Assembly (NCBI GenBank): GCA_035084275.1
Contig: CM068752.1
Span: forward strand, 8,308,001 to 8,372,000
Origin: Hydrolagus colliei
Taxonomy: Eukaryota
Reading direction: 5' to 3'
DNA length: 64,000 bases
Within the stretch, counting starts at the first letter, position 1; every line of letters begins with the position of its first letter. Below the pieces are notes generated by a model. It did not search any database. It saw nothing but the letters and a program-made list of their open reading frames with translations, and was not told the DNA's origin. This document shows, piece by piece, positions 13,063 to 26,764 of this stretch. The position numbers were made by a program, and so were the translations under genes.

Positions 13063-15537
13063 ATGGCTCATAGCGGAATCATTTGTCTGATAAAATGGCG
13101 AGTATTATTCTTTTTATGCATCTCTTGGCATTTAGCTTGTGGACAGATTCGCTATTCAATTCCTGAGGAATTGCAACCCGGTGCCTTTGTTGGGAATATC
13201 GTACAGGATTTGGGTTTAAACGTGAAGGACTTGTCTGCCCGTAGATTCCGTCTTGTTTCTGGTCCCAAGAAGCAGTATTTGGAGGTGAACTTGGACAATG
13301 GTGTTTTAGGTATAAAGGACAAAATTGACAGGGAAGAGATTTGTGGACAGAGCCTGACGTGTGTGTTGTCTTTGGAGGGTGTGGTTGAAAACCCACCGAA
13401 TGTGTATCATATCGAAGTCGAGATTCTGGATGTGAATGACAATGCTCCCAGCTTCCCGAAGAAACAGTTTCGGATTGAAATCCCAGAGCTGGCTACTGTT
13501 GGGGCTCGCTTCCCTCTAGAGCGGGCTCAAGACCCAGACGTGGGAAGCAATGCCCTGCAGACCTACCAACTTATTGTGAATGAATATTTCAGCTTAAATG
13601 TACTGGCGGGTAGTGGGGATGGGAAACAACCTATGTTGGTGCTCGAAAAGTCCCTGGATCGAGAGAAAGTACCATCTCACAGGTTAGTGTTGATAGCTAG
13701 AGACGGTGGGGTCCCACAGAGATCAGGCACGGCTGAAATAATAATCCTGGTGCAGGATGCAAATGATAACGAACCTGTTTTCTCTCAGCCAGTTTATCAT
13801 GTCAATCTTTTGGAAAATACACCGAAAGGTAATGTAGTGATTAAATTAAACGCTACTGATCTGGATGATGGTCCCAACGGAAAGATAGTTTACTCTTTAA
13901 GTGATCACGCCTCAGATAGAGTGCGTAAACTATTTGCTGTGGATTCTGAAACTGGTGAGACCAGAGTTAAAGGAAAATTAGACTTTGAGGAAAATGAAGC
14001 ATTTGAGGTTAATGTAAAAGCGATGGACAAAGGACCGAACGCAATTTCGGTTTACTGTGATATTCTGGTGACCATTATTGATGTGAATGATAATCCACCT
14101 GAGGTGACCCTGACCTCTCTATTCAGCCCTGTGGGTGAGGACGCGCTGCCCGGGACTGTGGTGGCTGTGATCAGTGCAGCAGACAGAGATTCGGGAGCCA
14201 ATGGACAAATACAGTGTCAACTTAAAAACAAGCTTCCCTTCAAACTGGATTCCACCTTAAAGAACTACTACAGGCTGGTTACACGGGAGCCGCTGGACAG
14301 GGAAAATGCCTCTGTGTACGACATCACCATTGTGTGCAGTGACAGAGGCTCCCCTCCTCTCACAGCCAACAAACACATCCGGTTGGAGGTTTCCGATATC
14401 AATGACAACCCACCCAGGTTTGGGCAGCCTTTATACACAGCCCACCTGATAGAGAATAACCTGGTGGGATCTTCCATTTACTCAGTGACAGCTTATGATC
14501 CGGATTCAAACCAGAACTCTCTGCTCAGCTACTCTATCCTGGAGAGTCAGGTTGAGGGGGAGTCAGTTTCTGGTTATGTTTCCATTAACTCAGACACCGG
14601 CGTCATTTTCTCTCAACGATCTTTTGACTACGAGCAACTCAAACAGTTTCAGATACTGGTTCAAGCTCAAGACCATGGTGTCCCAGCACTTTCCAGCAAC
14701 GTGTCTGTGGATGTCACCATCCTGGACCAGAATGACAACGCCCCAGTGATCGTGTCCCCATTGGCCGAGTTTGGCTCAAGAGTGACAGAGACTATGTCGG
14801 GATTCGCTGAGTCAGGTTACCTGGTCGCCAAAGTAACAGCCACTGACGCTGATTCCGGCCAGAATGCTCGTCTCGATTATCAACTTCTCCAGGCCACCGA
14901 CCCTGGCCTGTTTACCATCTCCCCCGGCACAGGAGACATCTGGACCATCCGCAGCGTCCAGGACAGAGATGTTAGGAAGCAAAGGTTGGTCATCGTGGTG
15001 AAGGACAATGGAATCCCGTCACTATCAGCCACAATGACCATCATCGTATCGATTGTGGGCAGTGATACAGAGATGATCTATGATAGGAAAGACTTATCTG
15101 AACCTAATGAATTTGACTCACCTGTCAGCCTGTACTTGGTCATTTCTCTGGCAATAGTCTCATCGATTTTCCTGGTGGTGTTAATTATCCTCATTATTAA
15201 GATCCACAGACAAAGAACTGGGTTTGGTGACCCTGGTTGTTCGCTGTGTGCTTGTTGTTGTTTCTACCCGAGACATTCCCTGGATGGGATTCAGAAAGCC
15301 AGTAGAAATCTCCAGATTCCTCCCAACTATGTTGAAGTGTTTGGTGGTGATCCGCTTTCCCAGAGTTTCCGTTATGGGTCTTACTCAACTTCAGGTTCTT
15401 CCAAAGGAGGATTTCTGTTTTCGAACACGCACAGTACATCCACTGCGAGGAATAAAGCCAGGAGTGAACCAATTGGGAACGAAGGAAACCAACTGACATC
15501 GAAATCTGAGAGATATAGGAATTGTGTAAGCCATGAG
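13063..15537 (+). CDS. Clustered protocadherin variable exon V5
   Basis: Same layout; ATG 13063; donor GAG|GTGAGA at 15537/15538. Confidence 0.95.
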
Positions 15538-16162
15538 GTGAGAGGTTTCTAAACAGAATGCAAAACCTCACCTTTTATTTTGATTTTCAGTTGTCGATAG
15601 GAAACGCCAATATAAGAAATTTAGAAATGTATTTTTGAAAAATGGGCGATTGTTAGTATAAGAAAAGTTAGTTTCCAAATGTATTTGTGTTGTGGTCTTT
15701 ACTTGTTTTAAGAATTGCAAAACCTCAAATTTAATTTTGATTTGTAGTTTTCGATTCGAAACGTCGATATAGGAAATTTGGAAATGTAGTGTGGTAACTC
15801 GATGGGAGCGATTGTGTATATAACAAACTAGCTACCAATTTTTGTATGTGTGAAAGTATTTGATTGCAAAAAGACAAACCAATTATCTCTTGCGGTAACC
15901 TCAGATCCTTCAATGGTTACAAAATGTAGTCTGTAGCGGTATATTGCTCTGCCAACTGACATCTTAAACGGTGCCATTCTACTTTGTTGTGTTGAATACA
16001 ATATATTTTTGTTGCAGCAATAGCAAAAACGGAAGAACGTTCGAACTTTCGTCTTAATCCAGGAGCTATTCAGCGATGTGATTTAGAACTATAGTTTAGT
16101 TACCTGTAGCATCGTGTAACAATACTGTGCTTTTTCAGGTTGAAGTTGAGGAGTACAATCTC

Positions 16163-16288
16163 GCTTTAAGAAATGGACAATATTCTGATTGGCTGAATGT
16201 GAGTTTGCATGCATTCACCAATGAGAAGCTGGAATATGACGAGGGATCCTGACTCCCCCCCCTCTTCCCCTTCCCATCCACCATTGCA
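16163..16288 (+). promoter_or_regulatory. V6 promoter cassette
   Basis: GCTTTAAG 16163, ATTGG 16188, CCAAT 16218. Confidence 0.75.
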
Positions 16289-16536
16289 GACTCTCACACA
16301 CAGTGTAACCCTGAACAACGAGCTGCGTAACGGTGTGTTTAAGCTTCGGTTTCCACAACCGCTGGTGTTTTGGAATGAATTAGGAACATTCTCAGCAAAA
16401 AATCTACGATTCTGTTGAAGCGCAGGTATTAACGCAAGTGTTTGTTGTGGAAACAATGGTGCATAAAGCAGTAATCAGTGGATCATTTGGACGGCGATGA
16501 GGAAGGCTGTGAGAATCGGGATGCTTTATATTGGAG

Positions 16537-19011
16537 ATGGGTCACAGCGGAATGATTTGTGTGGTAAAATGGCGAGTATTATTCTTATTATTCGTGTCTT
16601 GGCGTTTAGCTTGTGGACAGATTCGTTATTCGATTCCTGAGGAATTGCAGCCCGGCGCTTTTGTTGGGAATATCGCCCAGGATCTGGGGTTAGCTGTGAA
16701 GGAATTGACTGCTCGTAGATTCCGCCTTGTCTCTGGTCCAAGGAAACAGTATTTGGACGTAAATATCGGCAAAGGGATTTTATTTGTGAAGGAAAAAATT
16801 GACAGGGAAGAGATTTGTGGACAGAGTCCGGCGTGTGCTCTGTCTTTGGAAGGTGTGGTTGAAAACCCACCGAATCTTTTTCCTGTGGAAGTGGAGATTC
16901 TGGATGTGAATGACAATGCCCCCAGCTTCCCCAAAAGCCAATTCCGCTTTGAAATCTCAGAGTTTGCTGCACCAGGATCGCAATTCGCATTGCAGTGTGC
17001 CCAGGACCCAGATGTAGGAACCAACTCGTTGCAAAATTATCAACTGGTTACCAATGAATACTTCAGGCTAAACATCCAGAGTGGAAGCGGGAATGAAAAG
17101 TTCCCGGTCTTGGTACTGGAAAACTCACTCGATAGAGAAAAACAACCGAGTCACAGGTTAGTGCTAATTGCCAAGGATGGAGGGGTTCCTGAGAGATCAG
17201 GCACAGCTCAAATAATAATCATAGTTCAAGACGCAAATGACAATGCACCTGTTTTCTCACAATCTATATATAGAGTGAGACTTTTAGAAAACGTAACGAA
17301 AGGGACGCTTGTTATCAAATTAAACGCTACGGATCTGGATGACGGTTCTAATGCAGACATAATTTACTCTTTAAGTGATCATACGTCAGAAAGAGTACAT
17401 GAACTATTTAGTGTGAATCCCCAAACAGGTGAAATTAGAATTAAAGGCAACTTGGATTACGAAAAAAACAGCATTTTTCAAGTTAAGGTACAAGCAGTGG
17501 ACAAAGGTCTTAACGCACTTCCTGCTTATTCCGAAGTTTTGGTCAATATCATTGACGTGAATGATAATCCACCTGAGGTGACCCTGGCGTCTCTATTCAG
17601 CCCAGTGGGTGAGGACGCGCTGCCCGGGACTGTGGTGGCTGTGATCAGTGCAGCAGACAGAGATTCAGGAGCCAATGGACAAATACAATGTCATCTTAAA
17701 AACAAGCTTCCCTTCAAACTGGATTCCTCCTTAAAGAACTACTACAGGCTGGTTACACAGGAGCCGCTGGACAGGGAAAATGCCTCTGTGTACGACATCA
17801 CCATTGTGTGCAGTGACAGAGGCTCCCCTCCTCTCACAGCCAACAAACACATCCGGGTGGAGGTTTCTGATATCAATGACAATCCGCCCAGGTTTGGGCA
17901 GCCTTTATACACAGCTCACGTGATGGAGAATAACCTGGTGGGATCTTCCATTTACTCAGTGACAGCCTATGATACGGATTCAAACCAGAACTCTCGGCTC
18001 AGCTACTCTATCCTGGAGAGTCAGGTTGAGGGGGAGTCAGTTTCTGGTTATGTTTCCATTAACTCAGACACTGGCGTCATTTTCTCTCAAAGATCATTTG
18101 ACTACGAGCAACTCAAACAGTTTCAGATACTGGTTCAAGCTCAAGACAATGGTGTCCCAGCACTTTCCAGTAACGTGTCTGTCGATGTCACCATCCTGGA
18201 CCAGAATGACAACGCCCCAGTGATCGTGTCCCCGTTGGCTGAATTTGGCTCAACAGTGACTGAGACTGTATCGGGATTGGCTAAGTCAGGTTACCTGGTC
18301 GCCAAAGTAACAGCCACTGACGCTGATTCCGGCCAGAATGCTCGTCTCTCTTATCAGCTTCTCCAGGCCACTGACCCTGGCCTGTTTACCATCTCCCCCG
18401 GCACAGGAGACATCTGGACCATCCGCAGCGTCCAGGACAGAGATGTTAGGAAGCAAAGGTTGGTGATCGTGGTGAAGGACAATGGAATCCCGTCACTATC
18501 AGCCACAATGACCATCATCTTATCAGTGGTGGGCGGTGATACAGAGATGCTCTCTGATAGGAAAGACGTATCTGTACCTCACGAATTTGACTCACCTGTC
18601 AGCCTGTACTTGGTCATTTCTCTGGCAATAATCTCATCGATTTTCCTGGTGGTGTTAATTATCCTCATTATTAAGATCCACAGACAAAGAACTGGGTTTG
18701 GTGACCCTGGTTGTTCGCTGTGTGCTTGTTGTTGTTTCCACCCGAGACATTCCCTGAATGGGATTCAGAAAGCCAGTAGAAATCTCCAGATTCCTCCCAA
18801 CTATGTTGAAGTGTTTGGTGGTGATCCGCTTTCCCAGAGTTTCCGTTACGCATCTTATTCAACTTCAGGTTCTTCCAAAGGTGGATTCCAATTTGCCAGC
18901 ACGCACGGTTCATCCACCCACAGGAACAAAGCCAGGAGTGAACCAATTGGGAACGAAGGAAACCAACTGACATCGAATTCTCCAAATTATAGGAATTGTG
19001 TAAGCTATGAG
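16537..19011 (+). CDS. Clustered protocadherin variable exon V6
   Basis: Same layout; ATG 16537; donor GAG|GTGAGA at 19011/19012. Confidence 0.95.
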
Positions 19012-19486
19012 GTGAGAGGTTTCTAAACAGAATGGCAAAACCTCACGTTTTATTTTGGTTTGCGGTTATAGATTATTTATCAAAAGAAGGAAATTGCACA
19101 TTTTTGGTGATTGTATCGATGGTGTTTGTAACGAAACTTCATCTGCAATTATATATACCTGCATTTGGCGTTATTATAAGACGTTTACTTTCCCTCTTGT
19201 GGTAAATTCAGCTTCCTTTAAGAACCCAGTACTTGTCTTTATTAGTGTATTATTTCTCTAGCTCACGTCATAATTGTTTGCCGAAGTGCTTTATTGTGTT
19301 GAATATGGGACATATAGCTATTGAGATGCATATATTAAGTGAAATATAAAAAACGAAGGAACGGTTGCAGACTTTTCTTGATCCAAAAGTTATGCATGAT
19401 TTGTTTTGGAATATTAGTGGAGTTGCAGGTAAGATTGCACAACAATACTGCGCTATTTTCAGGTTGAAGATGTGGAATACAATCTC

Positions 19487-19609
19487 GCTTTAAGAAATGG
19501 ACAGTGTTCTGATTGGCTGAATGCGAGTTTGCTTCCATTCACCAATGAGAAGCTGGGATGCGAGGAGAGATCCTGACTCCCCCCCTTCCCCTTCCCATCC
19601 ACCATTGCA
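19487..19609 (+). promoter_or_regulatory. V7 promoter cassette
   Basis: GCTTTAAG 19487, ATTGG 19512, CCAAT 19542. Confidence 0.75.
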
Positions 19610-19865
19610 GACTCTCACACACAGTGTAACACTGAACAGCGAGCTGCGTAATGCTGTTTTGTGGATTCGCTTTGTGGATTTATTGTGGTTCATCACGAAT
19701 TAGGCAGATGTTCCATTAAGAATCTGGGATGCTTAAAAACACAGGTATTTGTCTACATCGTTGTAGTTATAATCTTTAAAGACAATGCGTAGATAACTCA
19801 CATCGAGGGGCATATTTGAGCGGCGCTGTGTTGTGCTGAAAGAGTCGGAATGCTTTCCATTGGAA

Positions 19866-22340
19866 ATGGCTTATAGTGCAATAAACTGGTTGCTAAAATG
19901 GCAAAGATTATGCTTTATATTCACCACTTGCCATCTAGTTTGTGGACAGATTCGTTACTCGATTCCTGAGGAATTGCAGCCCGGTGCCTTTGTTGGGAAT
20001 ATCGCCCAGGATCTGCGGTTAGATGTGAAGGAATTGTCTGCTCGTAGATTCCGTCTCGTCTCTGGTCCCAGAAAGCAGTATTTGGGTGTAATTATCGGCA
20101 AAGGGATTTTATTTGTGAAGGAAAAAATTGACAGGGAAGAGATTTGTGGACAGAGCCTGACGTGTACTCTGTCTTTGGAGGGTGTGGTTGAAAACCCACC
20201 GAATGTGTATCATGTGGAAGTGGAGATTCTGGATGTGAATGACAATGCTCCTAGCTTTCCCAAGAGCGATTTCCACATTGAAATCTCGGAGCTGGCTGTG
20301 CCTGGAACTCGCTTCGCTCTGGAGTGCGCGGACGACCCAGATGTAGGTAACAATTCTCTTCAAATATACCGACTGATCCCCAATGAATATTTCAGCCTCA
20401 GTGTACAGACACGCAGCGGGGATGAAAAGCTACCAGTCTTGGTGCTGGAGAAACCTCTAGATAGAGAAAAGCAACAGAAACACGTGTTAGTGTTAGTAGC
20501 TAGAGATGGCGGTGTCCCTGTGAGATCTGGCACCGCTCAAATAATAATCAAGGTTAAGGATGCCAATGATAATGCCCCAGTATTCTCCCAGTCAGTTTTT
20601 CAAGTGAACCTACTGGAAAACGTAACGCAGGGAACGCTGTTTATTACACTGAATGCCACAGACCTAGATGATGGAGATAACGGAGAAATCGTTTATTCAT
20701 TCAGCAGTCACACATCCGCGAGAGTGCGAGAATTATTCGTTGTGGATCACAAATCTGGTGAAGTCAGAGTTAAAGGGAGATTGGACTATGAAGAAAATAC
20801 GGTCATCAACATTAACGTACAAGCCGTGGACAAAGGACCTAACGCAATTCCTGTGTACTGTGAAGTTTTGGTGAACATTGTTGATGTCAATGATAATCCA
20901 CCTGAGGTGACCCTGACCTCTCTGTTCAGCCCAGTGGGTGAGGACGCGCTGCCCGGGACTGTGGTGGCTGTGATCAGTGCAGCAGACAGCGATTCAGGAG
21001 CCAATGGACAAATACAATGTCATCTTAAAAACAAGCTTCCCTTCAAACTGGATTCCTCCTTAAAGAACTACTACAGGCTGGTTACACAGGAGCCGCTGGA
21101 CAGGGAAAATGCCTCTGTGTACGACATCACCATTGTGTGCAGTGACAGAGGCTCCCCTCCGCTCACAGCCAACAAACACATACGGGTGGAGGTTTCTGAT
21201 ATCAATGACAACCCGCCCAGGTTTGGGCAGCCTTTATACACAGCTCACGTGATGGAGAATAACCTGGTGGGATCTTCCATTTACTCAGTGACAGCTTATG
21301 ATCCGGATTCAAACCAGAACTCTCGGCTCAGCTACTCTATCCTGGAGAGTCAGGTTGAGGGGGAGTCAGTGTCTGGTTATGTTTCCATTAACTCAGACAC
21401 TGGCGTCATTTTCTCTCAAAAATCTTTTGACTACGAGCAACTCAAACAGTTTCAGGTTCTGGTTCAAGCTCAAGACAATGGTGTCCCAGCACTTTCCAGC
21501 AACGCCTCTGTGGATGTCATCATCCTGGACCAGAATGACAACGCCCCAGTGATCGTGTCTCCATTGGCCGAGTTTGGCTCAACAGTGACTGAGACTGTAT
21601 CGGGATTGGCTGAGTCAGGTTACCTGGTCGCCAAAGTAACAGCCATTGACGCTGATTCCGGCCAGAATGCTCGTCTCTCTTATCAGCTTCTCCAGGCCAC
21701 TGACCCTGGCCTGTTTACCATCTCCCCCGGCACAGGAGACATCTGGACCATCCGCAGCGTCCAGGACAGAGATGTTAGGAAGCAAAGGTTGGTCATCGTG
21801 GTGAAGGACAATGGAATCCCGTCACTATCAGCCACAATGACCATCATCTTATCAGTGGTGGGCGGTGATACAGAGATGCTCTCTGATAGGAAAGACGTAT
21901 CTGTACCCCACGAATTTGACTCACCTGTTAGCCTGTACTTGGTCATTTCTTTGGCAATAATCTCATCGATTTTCCTGGTGGTGCTAATTATCCTCATTAT
22001 TAAAATCCACAGACAAAGAACTGGGTTTGGTGACCCTAGTTGTTCGCTGTGCGCTTGTTGTTGTTTCCACCCGAGACATTCCCTGAATGGGATTCAGAAA
22101 GCCAGTAGAAATCTCCAGATTCCTCCCAACTATGTTGAAGTGTTTGGTGGTGATCCGCTTTCCCAGAGTTTCCGTTACGGGTCTTATTCAACGTCAGGTT
22201 CTTCCAAAGGAGGATTTGCATTTTCGAACACACACAGTTCCTCCATCCAAAGGAATAAAGCCAGGAGTGAACCAATTGGGAACGATGGTAATCGACTAAC
22301 GTCAAATTCTCGGAATGATAGGAACTGTGTAAACAACGAG
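19866..22340 (+). CDS. Clustered protocadherin variable exon V7
   Basis: Same layout; ATG 19866; donor GAG|GTGAGA at 22340/22341. Confidence 0.95.
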
Positions 22341-22917
22341 GTGAGAGGTTTCTAAGAGTAATTGTGAAACCTCATGTTTTATATTCGATTGTCCAGAATA
22401 GTTAGATTTCCATTTTGATTGTTCTTTCTATTGAAGATCCTCATTCTTGATCTTTGGTATCTTGCATGTGTTTAGATTTGATTACCTTTATGTATGTTTC
22501 TTCCAGGATTTCAAAATCAACTGAAGCAGTATAATTATATAACGGCCTTGTTTATTATGCCTTTGTTGTGATTCTGCTACATACGTCTTTCTTTCTCATT
22601 TTTACGATATTGTCACAGTGTAGTCATATAAGAAATTGTCATATAATCATGAAATCTATTCTCTTTTTACTTCAACAGTATACACGGATTAGTTAGAGAT
22701 TTGCATTAATAATCAGAGGGCGTCGTATACAAAATATGCATGTGTGCTTGAGGAACGAGGTTGTAACTGTTGACGTACTTAGCGTAGAGTTTTTTGTACA
22801 ATAAGTTAGCAGCGCAAGTAAAACCAATTGAAAAAAATAATTAAAGGCGAGGCATACTCGAAATTTATCCTTCAGTGCAATAATTGTACATTTTGCTCCT
22901 GTTGTGGAGACATTCTT

Positions 22918-23030
22918 GCTTTAAGACATGTCCTGTGCCGTGATTGGTCGAGTACGGGACCACCAATGAGAAGCTGAGATGTGAACAGAGATCTTGACCG
23001 CCCCCTTCCCCTTCCCCTCCACCATCACCA
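22918..23030 (+). promoter_or_regulatory. V8 promoter cassette (20-nt box spacing)
   Basis: GCTTTAAG 22918, ATTGG 22943, CCAAT 22963. Confidence 0.75.
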
Positions 23031-23293
23031 TCAGTCCATCAGATACCAGTGAACATTGGGTAGCGAGCTGCGTAAGGGAACGCTGGGATTATTTGTGCAA
23101 CGTTTTGTGATATTTACAGGAGCGGGATAATGATTCCAGGAGAAAACCTCAGCGAATTGTAATAAAAACATACAGGTATTTGTGTGTTACTTAGCGTGTC
23201 TGCTGGTAAAAATGACTCGTAACTAAATGTATTCGAGGGTTGATTCCACGGCGCCGTGTTGTTCTGAGGCTGTTGAAATGCTTTGTGCTGGAT

Positions 23294-25768
23294 ATGGGAT
23301 ATTATCAGATATGTTGGTTGATAAAATGGCATCTCCTGTACTGTATATTATACTCCTGGAGTCTGGTTTCCGGAGAGATTCGTTACTCGGTCCCTGAAGA
23401 GCTGCAACTGGGCGCCTTTGTTGGGAATATCGCGGACGATTTGGGGTTAGACGTGAAAGAGCTGTCGGCTCGCAGTTTCCGTATCGTGTCCGGTGCCAGC
23501 AAACAGTATCTGGACGTCAATCTGGCCAATGGGCATATTTTCGTGAAGGAAAAAATCGACAGAGAAGAACTTTGTGGGTCGAAATCCTCATGTGCTTTGT
23601 CTTTAGAAGCCGTGCTTGAAAACCCTCCCAACGTGTATCACATCGATGTGGAGGTTCTGGACGTGAACGACAATGTTCCCAGTTTCCCAAAGAGCCAATT
23701 CCGTTTGGAAATCTCTGAAGTGGCTGTGCCTGGGGCTCGTTTCCCTCTGGAGAGCGCACAAGATCCCGATGTAGGAACGAACGCCCTGCAAACCTACCAA
23801 CTCGCGGCAAACGAGTATTTCAGCTTGAACGTGGAAACCCGCAGCGGGGACGTGAAACTCCCGGTGTTAGTGTTGGAAAGCCGGCTGGACAGAGAAAACC
23901 AACCGACTCACAGGTTGGTGTTGTCCGCCAAGGACGGGGGAGTCCCTCAGAGATCCAGTACAGCTCAGATACTGATCACTGTGCAAGACGCCAACGACAA
24001 TGTGCCAGTATTCCCCCAGTCGGAGTACAAGGTCAGGCTCTTGGAAAATGTCCCTCAAGGGACAGTGGTAACGAAACTAAATGCCACGGACGCGGACGAA
24101 GGATACAACGGAGAGGTAGTGTACTCGTTTGCGAGTCACACTTCTGCAAGAATGCGTCAGTTATTCGCCTTGAATTCGAAAACCGGTGAAATAAGGGTGA
24201 AAGGACGCTTGGACCGTGAAGAAAACATTCCGTTTGAGATTAATGTTCAGGCAACTGATAAGGGTCAAAACGCTATCCCCACCTACTGCCATGTGTTAGT
24301 GGATGTTGTTGATGTGAATGATAACGCACCTGAGGTGACCCTGACCTCTCTGTTCAGCCCAGTCAGTGAAGCTTCACGACCCGGCACATTGGTAGCTCTG
24401 ATAGGTGCAACCGACAGAGACTCAGGAGCAAATGGAAAGGTGGACTGTCAAATTCTCAACCAGATTCCTTTCAAACTGGATTCATCCTCCAAGAACTATT
24501 ACAGGTTAGTCACAAGCAGACGACTGGATCGCGAGGACACCTCGACATACGACATTACTGTTGCCTGCAGTGACAGAGGCTCCCCTCCCCTCACAGCCAA
24601 GAAACACATCCGGGTGGAGGTGTCTGATATCAATGACAGCGCGCCACGGTTTGCCCAGCCTTCATACACAGCCCACGTGATGGAGAACAACGTTATTGGG
24701 AGTTCGATCTACTCAGTCACAGCTCTGGATCCGGACGCAAATGAGAACTCTCGACTGACCTACTGTATCCTGGAGAGTCAAGTTCAGAACACGTCAGTGT
24801 TCAACTACGTCTCCATTAATCCGCAGAATGGCGATCTTTTATCTCAGAAATCGTTTGACTTTGAACAACTCAAAAGCTTCCAGATCCTCGTTCAGGCACA
24901 GGACCAAGGAGAGCCGGCGCTGTCCAGTAACGTGTCTGTGGATATCACCATTCTGGATCAGAACGACAACTCCCCAGTCATCGTGGCTCCATTACCTGAG
25001 TTTGGCTCAACGGTGACAGAGACTGTATCTCGGTTGGCAGAGCCAGGCTACCTGGTGGCCAAGGTCTCGGCCATTGACGCTGACACGGGGCAGAATGGGC
25101 GTCTGTCTTACCAGATTCTCCAGGCCACTGACCCTGGGCTTTTCACCATCTCCCCTGACACAGGAGAAATCTGGACCATCCGCAGTGTTAGGGACAGAGA
25201 TGCCAAGAAGCAAAGGCTGGTCATTGTGGTGAATGACAATGGAAGTCCCTCACTCTCAGCCACAGTGACCATCATGTTATCAGTGGTGGGTGGAGAGGCG
25301 GAAATGCTCTCTGAAGTTAATGTTTTACCAGGAGATCCCTGGGTCACTTCTGATATCAGTATTTACCTGGTGATAGGCTTGGGAACAATCTCCACCATTT
25401 TTCTTGTTGTTTTAATCGTCCTGGCTTTTAAAGTCCACAACAACCGGAACGGTTTTGGAACCAATAGCTGTTTGCTGGGTACATGTTGTTGTTTGGAATC
25501 AAGGAGTTCACTGAATGGCATTCAAAGAACCAGTAGAAATATTCAGATTCCTCCCAACTATGTTGAAGTGTTTGGGGGTGATCCGCTTTCCCAGAGTTTC
25601 CGCTATGGGTCGTATTCAACTTCCGGTTCTTCCAAAGGAGGATTCCAATTTTCCACCACACACAGTTCATCCACCCATAGGAATAAAGCCAGGAGTGAAC
25701 CAATTGGGAGCGATGGAAATCAACTGGGATCGAATTCTGCAAATTATAGGAACTGCGTAAATAACGAG
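23294..25768 (+). CDS. Clustered protocadherin variable exon V8
   Basis: Same layout; ATG 23294; donor GAG|GTGAGA at 25768/25769. Confidence 0.95.
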
Positions 25769-26388
25769 GTGAGAGGTTTCTAAAGTTAATCATGAAACCT
25801 CGTGGGTTTGATACCCAACCAACGTATAATATAATGTTCGAATAGATGCGGATATGGGATCCATTTATATCAATGGGGTTCGATTTTCATTTCAGTTGTT
25901 TTTCCTATTCATTCTTCTCAGTCCTGATCTGCGATATCTTTCAAGTGTTCAGATTTAATTACAGTTAAATAAGTTTTTTGCAGGACTTCAAGACCTTGGA
26001 TTGATCATTTTCTGATTTTTTGTGAGTGATATATTTTAGGGTTTTGCTGCAGATTTAATTTCTTTCCAATCGTGTGTTATTATACAAACGTTGTACGGGA
26101 AATATACTCACGTGGTATTTTGATAATTAAATTCATTTTATTTACGTGAGCAAAAATCATGGACGAGTAGGAGGTTTGCTTTAATAATAACAATGAGTCA
26201 GACGTAAACGATGTAAGTGTGCGCTTTGTACTGGATTCCGAGCGTTATCAGAGGCCATGTAGAGCTGTCCTTAGAATACATGATAGGATCGCTAAATGCA
26301 CGTATGACATAATTAAAGGTGAGGTGTACCCTTAATTTACCTTTCACTTCAATAAGTGTAGTTTTACGCTTGTTGTGGAGACATTCTT

Positions 26389-26500
26389 GCTTTAAGACAT
26401 GTCCTCTGCCGTCATTGGTTGAGTACGGGGACACCAATGAGAAGCTGAGATGTGAACAGAGATCTTGACCGCCCCCTTCCCCTTCCCCTCCACCATCACC
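26389..26500 (+). promoter_or_regulatory. V9 promoter cassette (20-nt box spacing)
   Basis: GCTTTAAG 26389, ATTGG 26414, CCAAT 26434. Confidence 0.75.
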
Positions 26501-26764
26501 ATCAGTCCATCAGATACCAGTGAACATTGGGTAGCGAGCTGCGTAAGGGAACGCTGGGATTATTTGTGCAACGTTTTGTGATATTTACAGGAGCGGGATA
26601 ATGATTCCAGGAGAAAACCTCAGCGAATTGTAATAAAAACATACAGGTATTTGTGTGTTACTTAGCGTGTCGGCTGGTAAAAATGACTCGTAAATAAATG
26701 TATTCGAGGGTTGATTCCACGGCGCCGTGTTGTTCTGAGGCAGTTGAAATGCTTTGTGCTGGAT

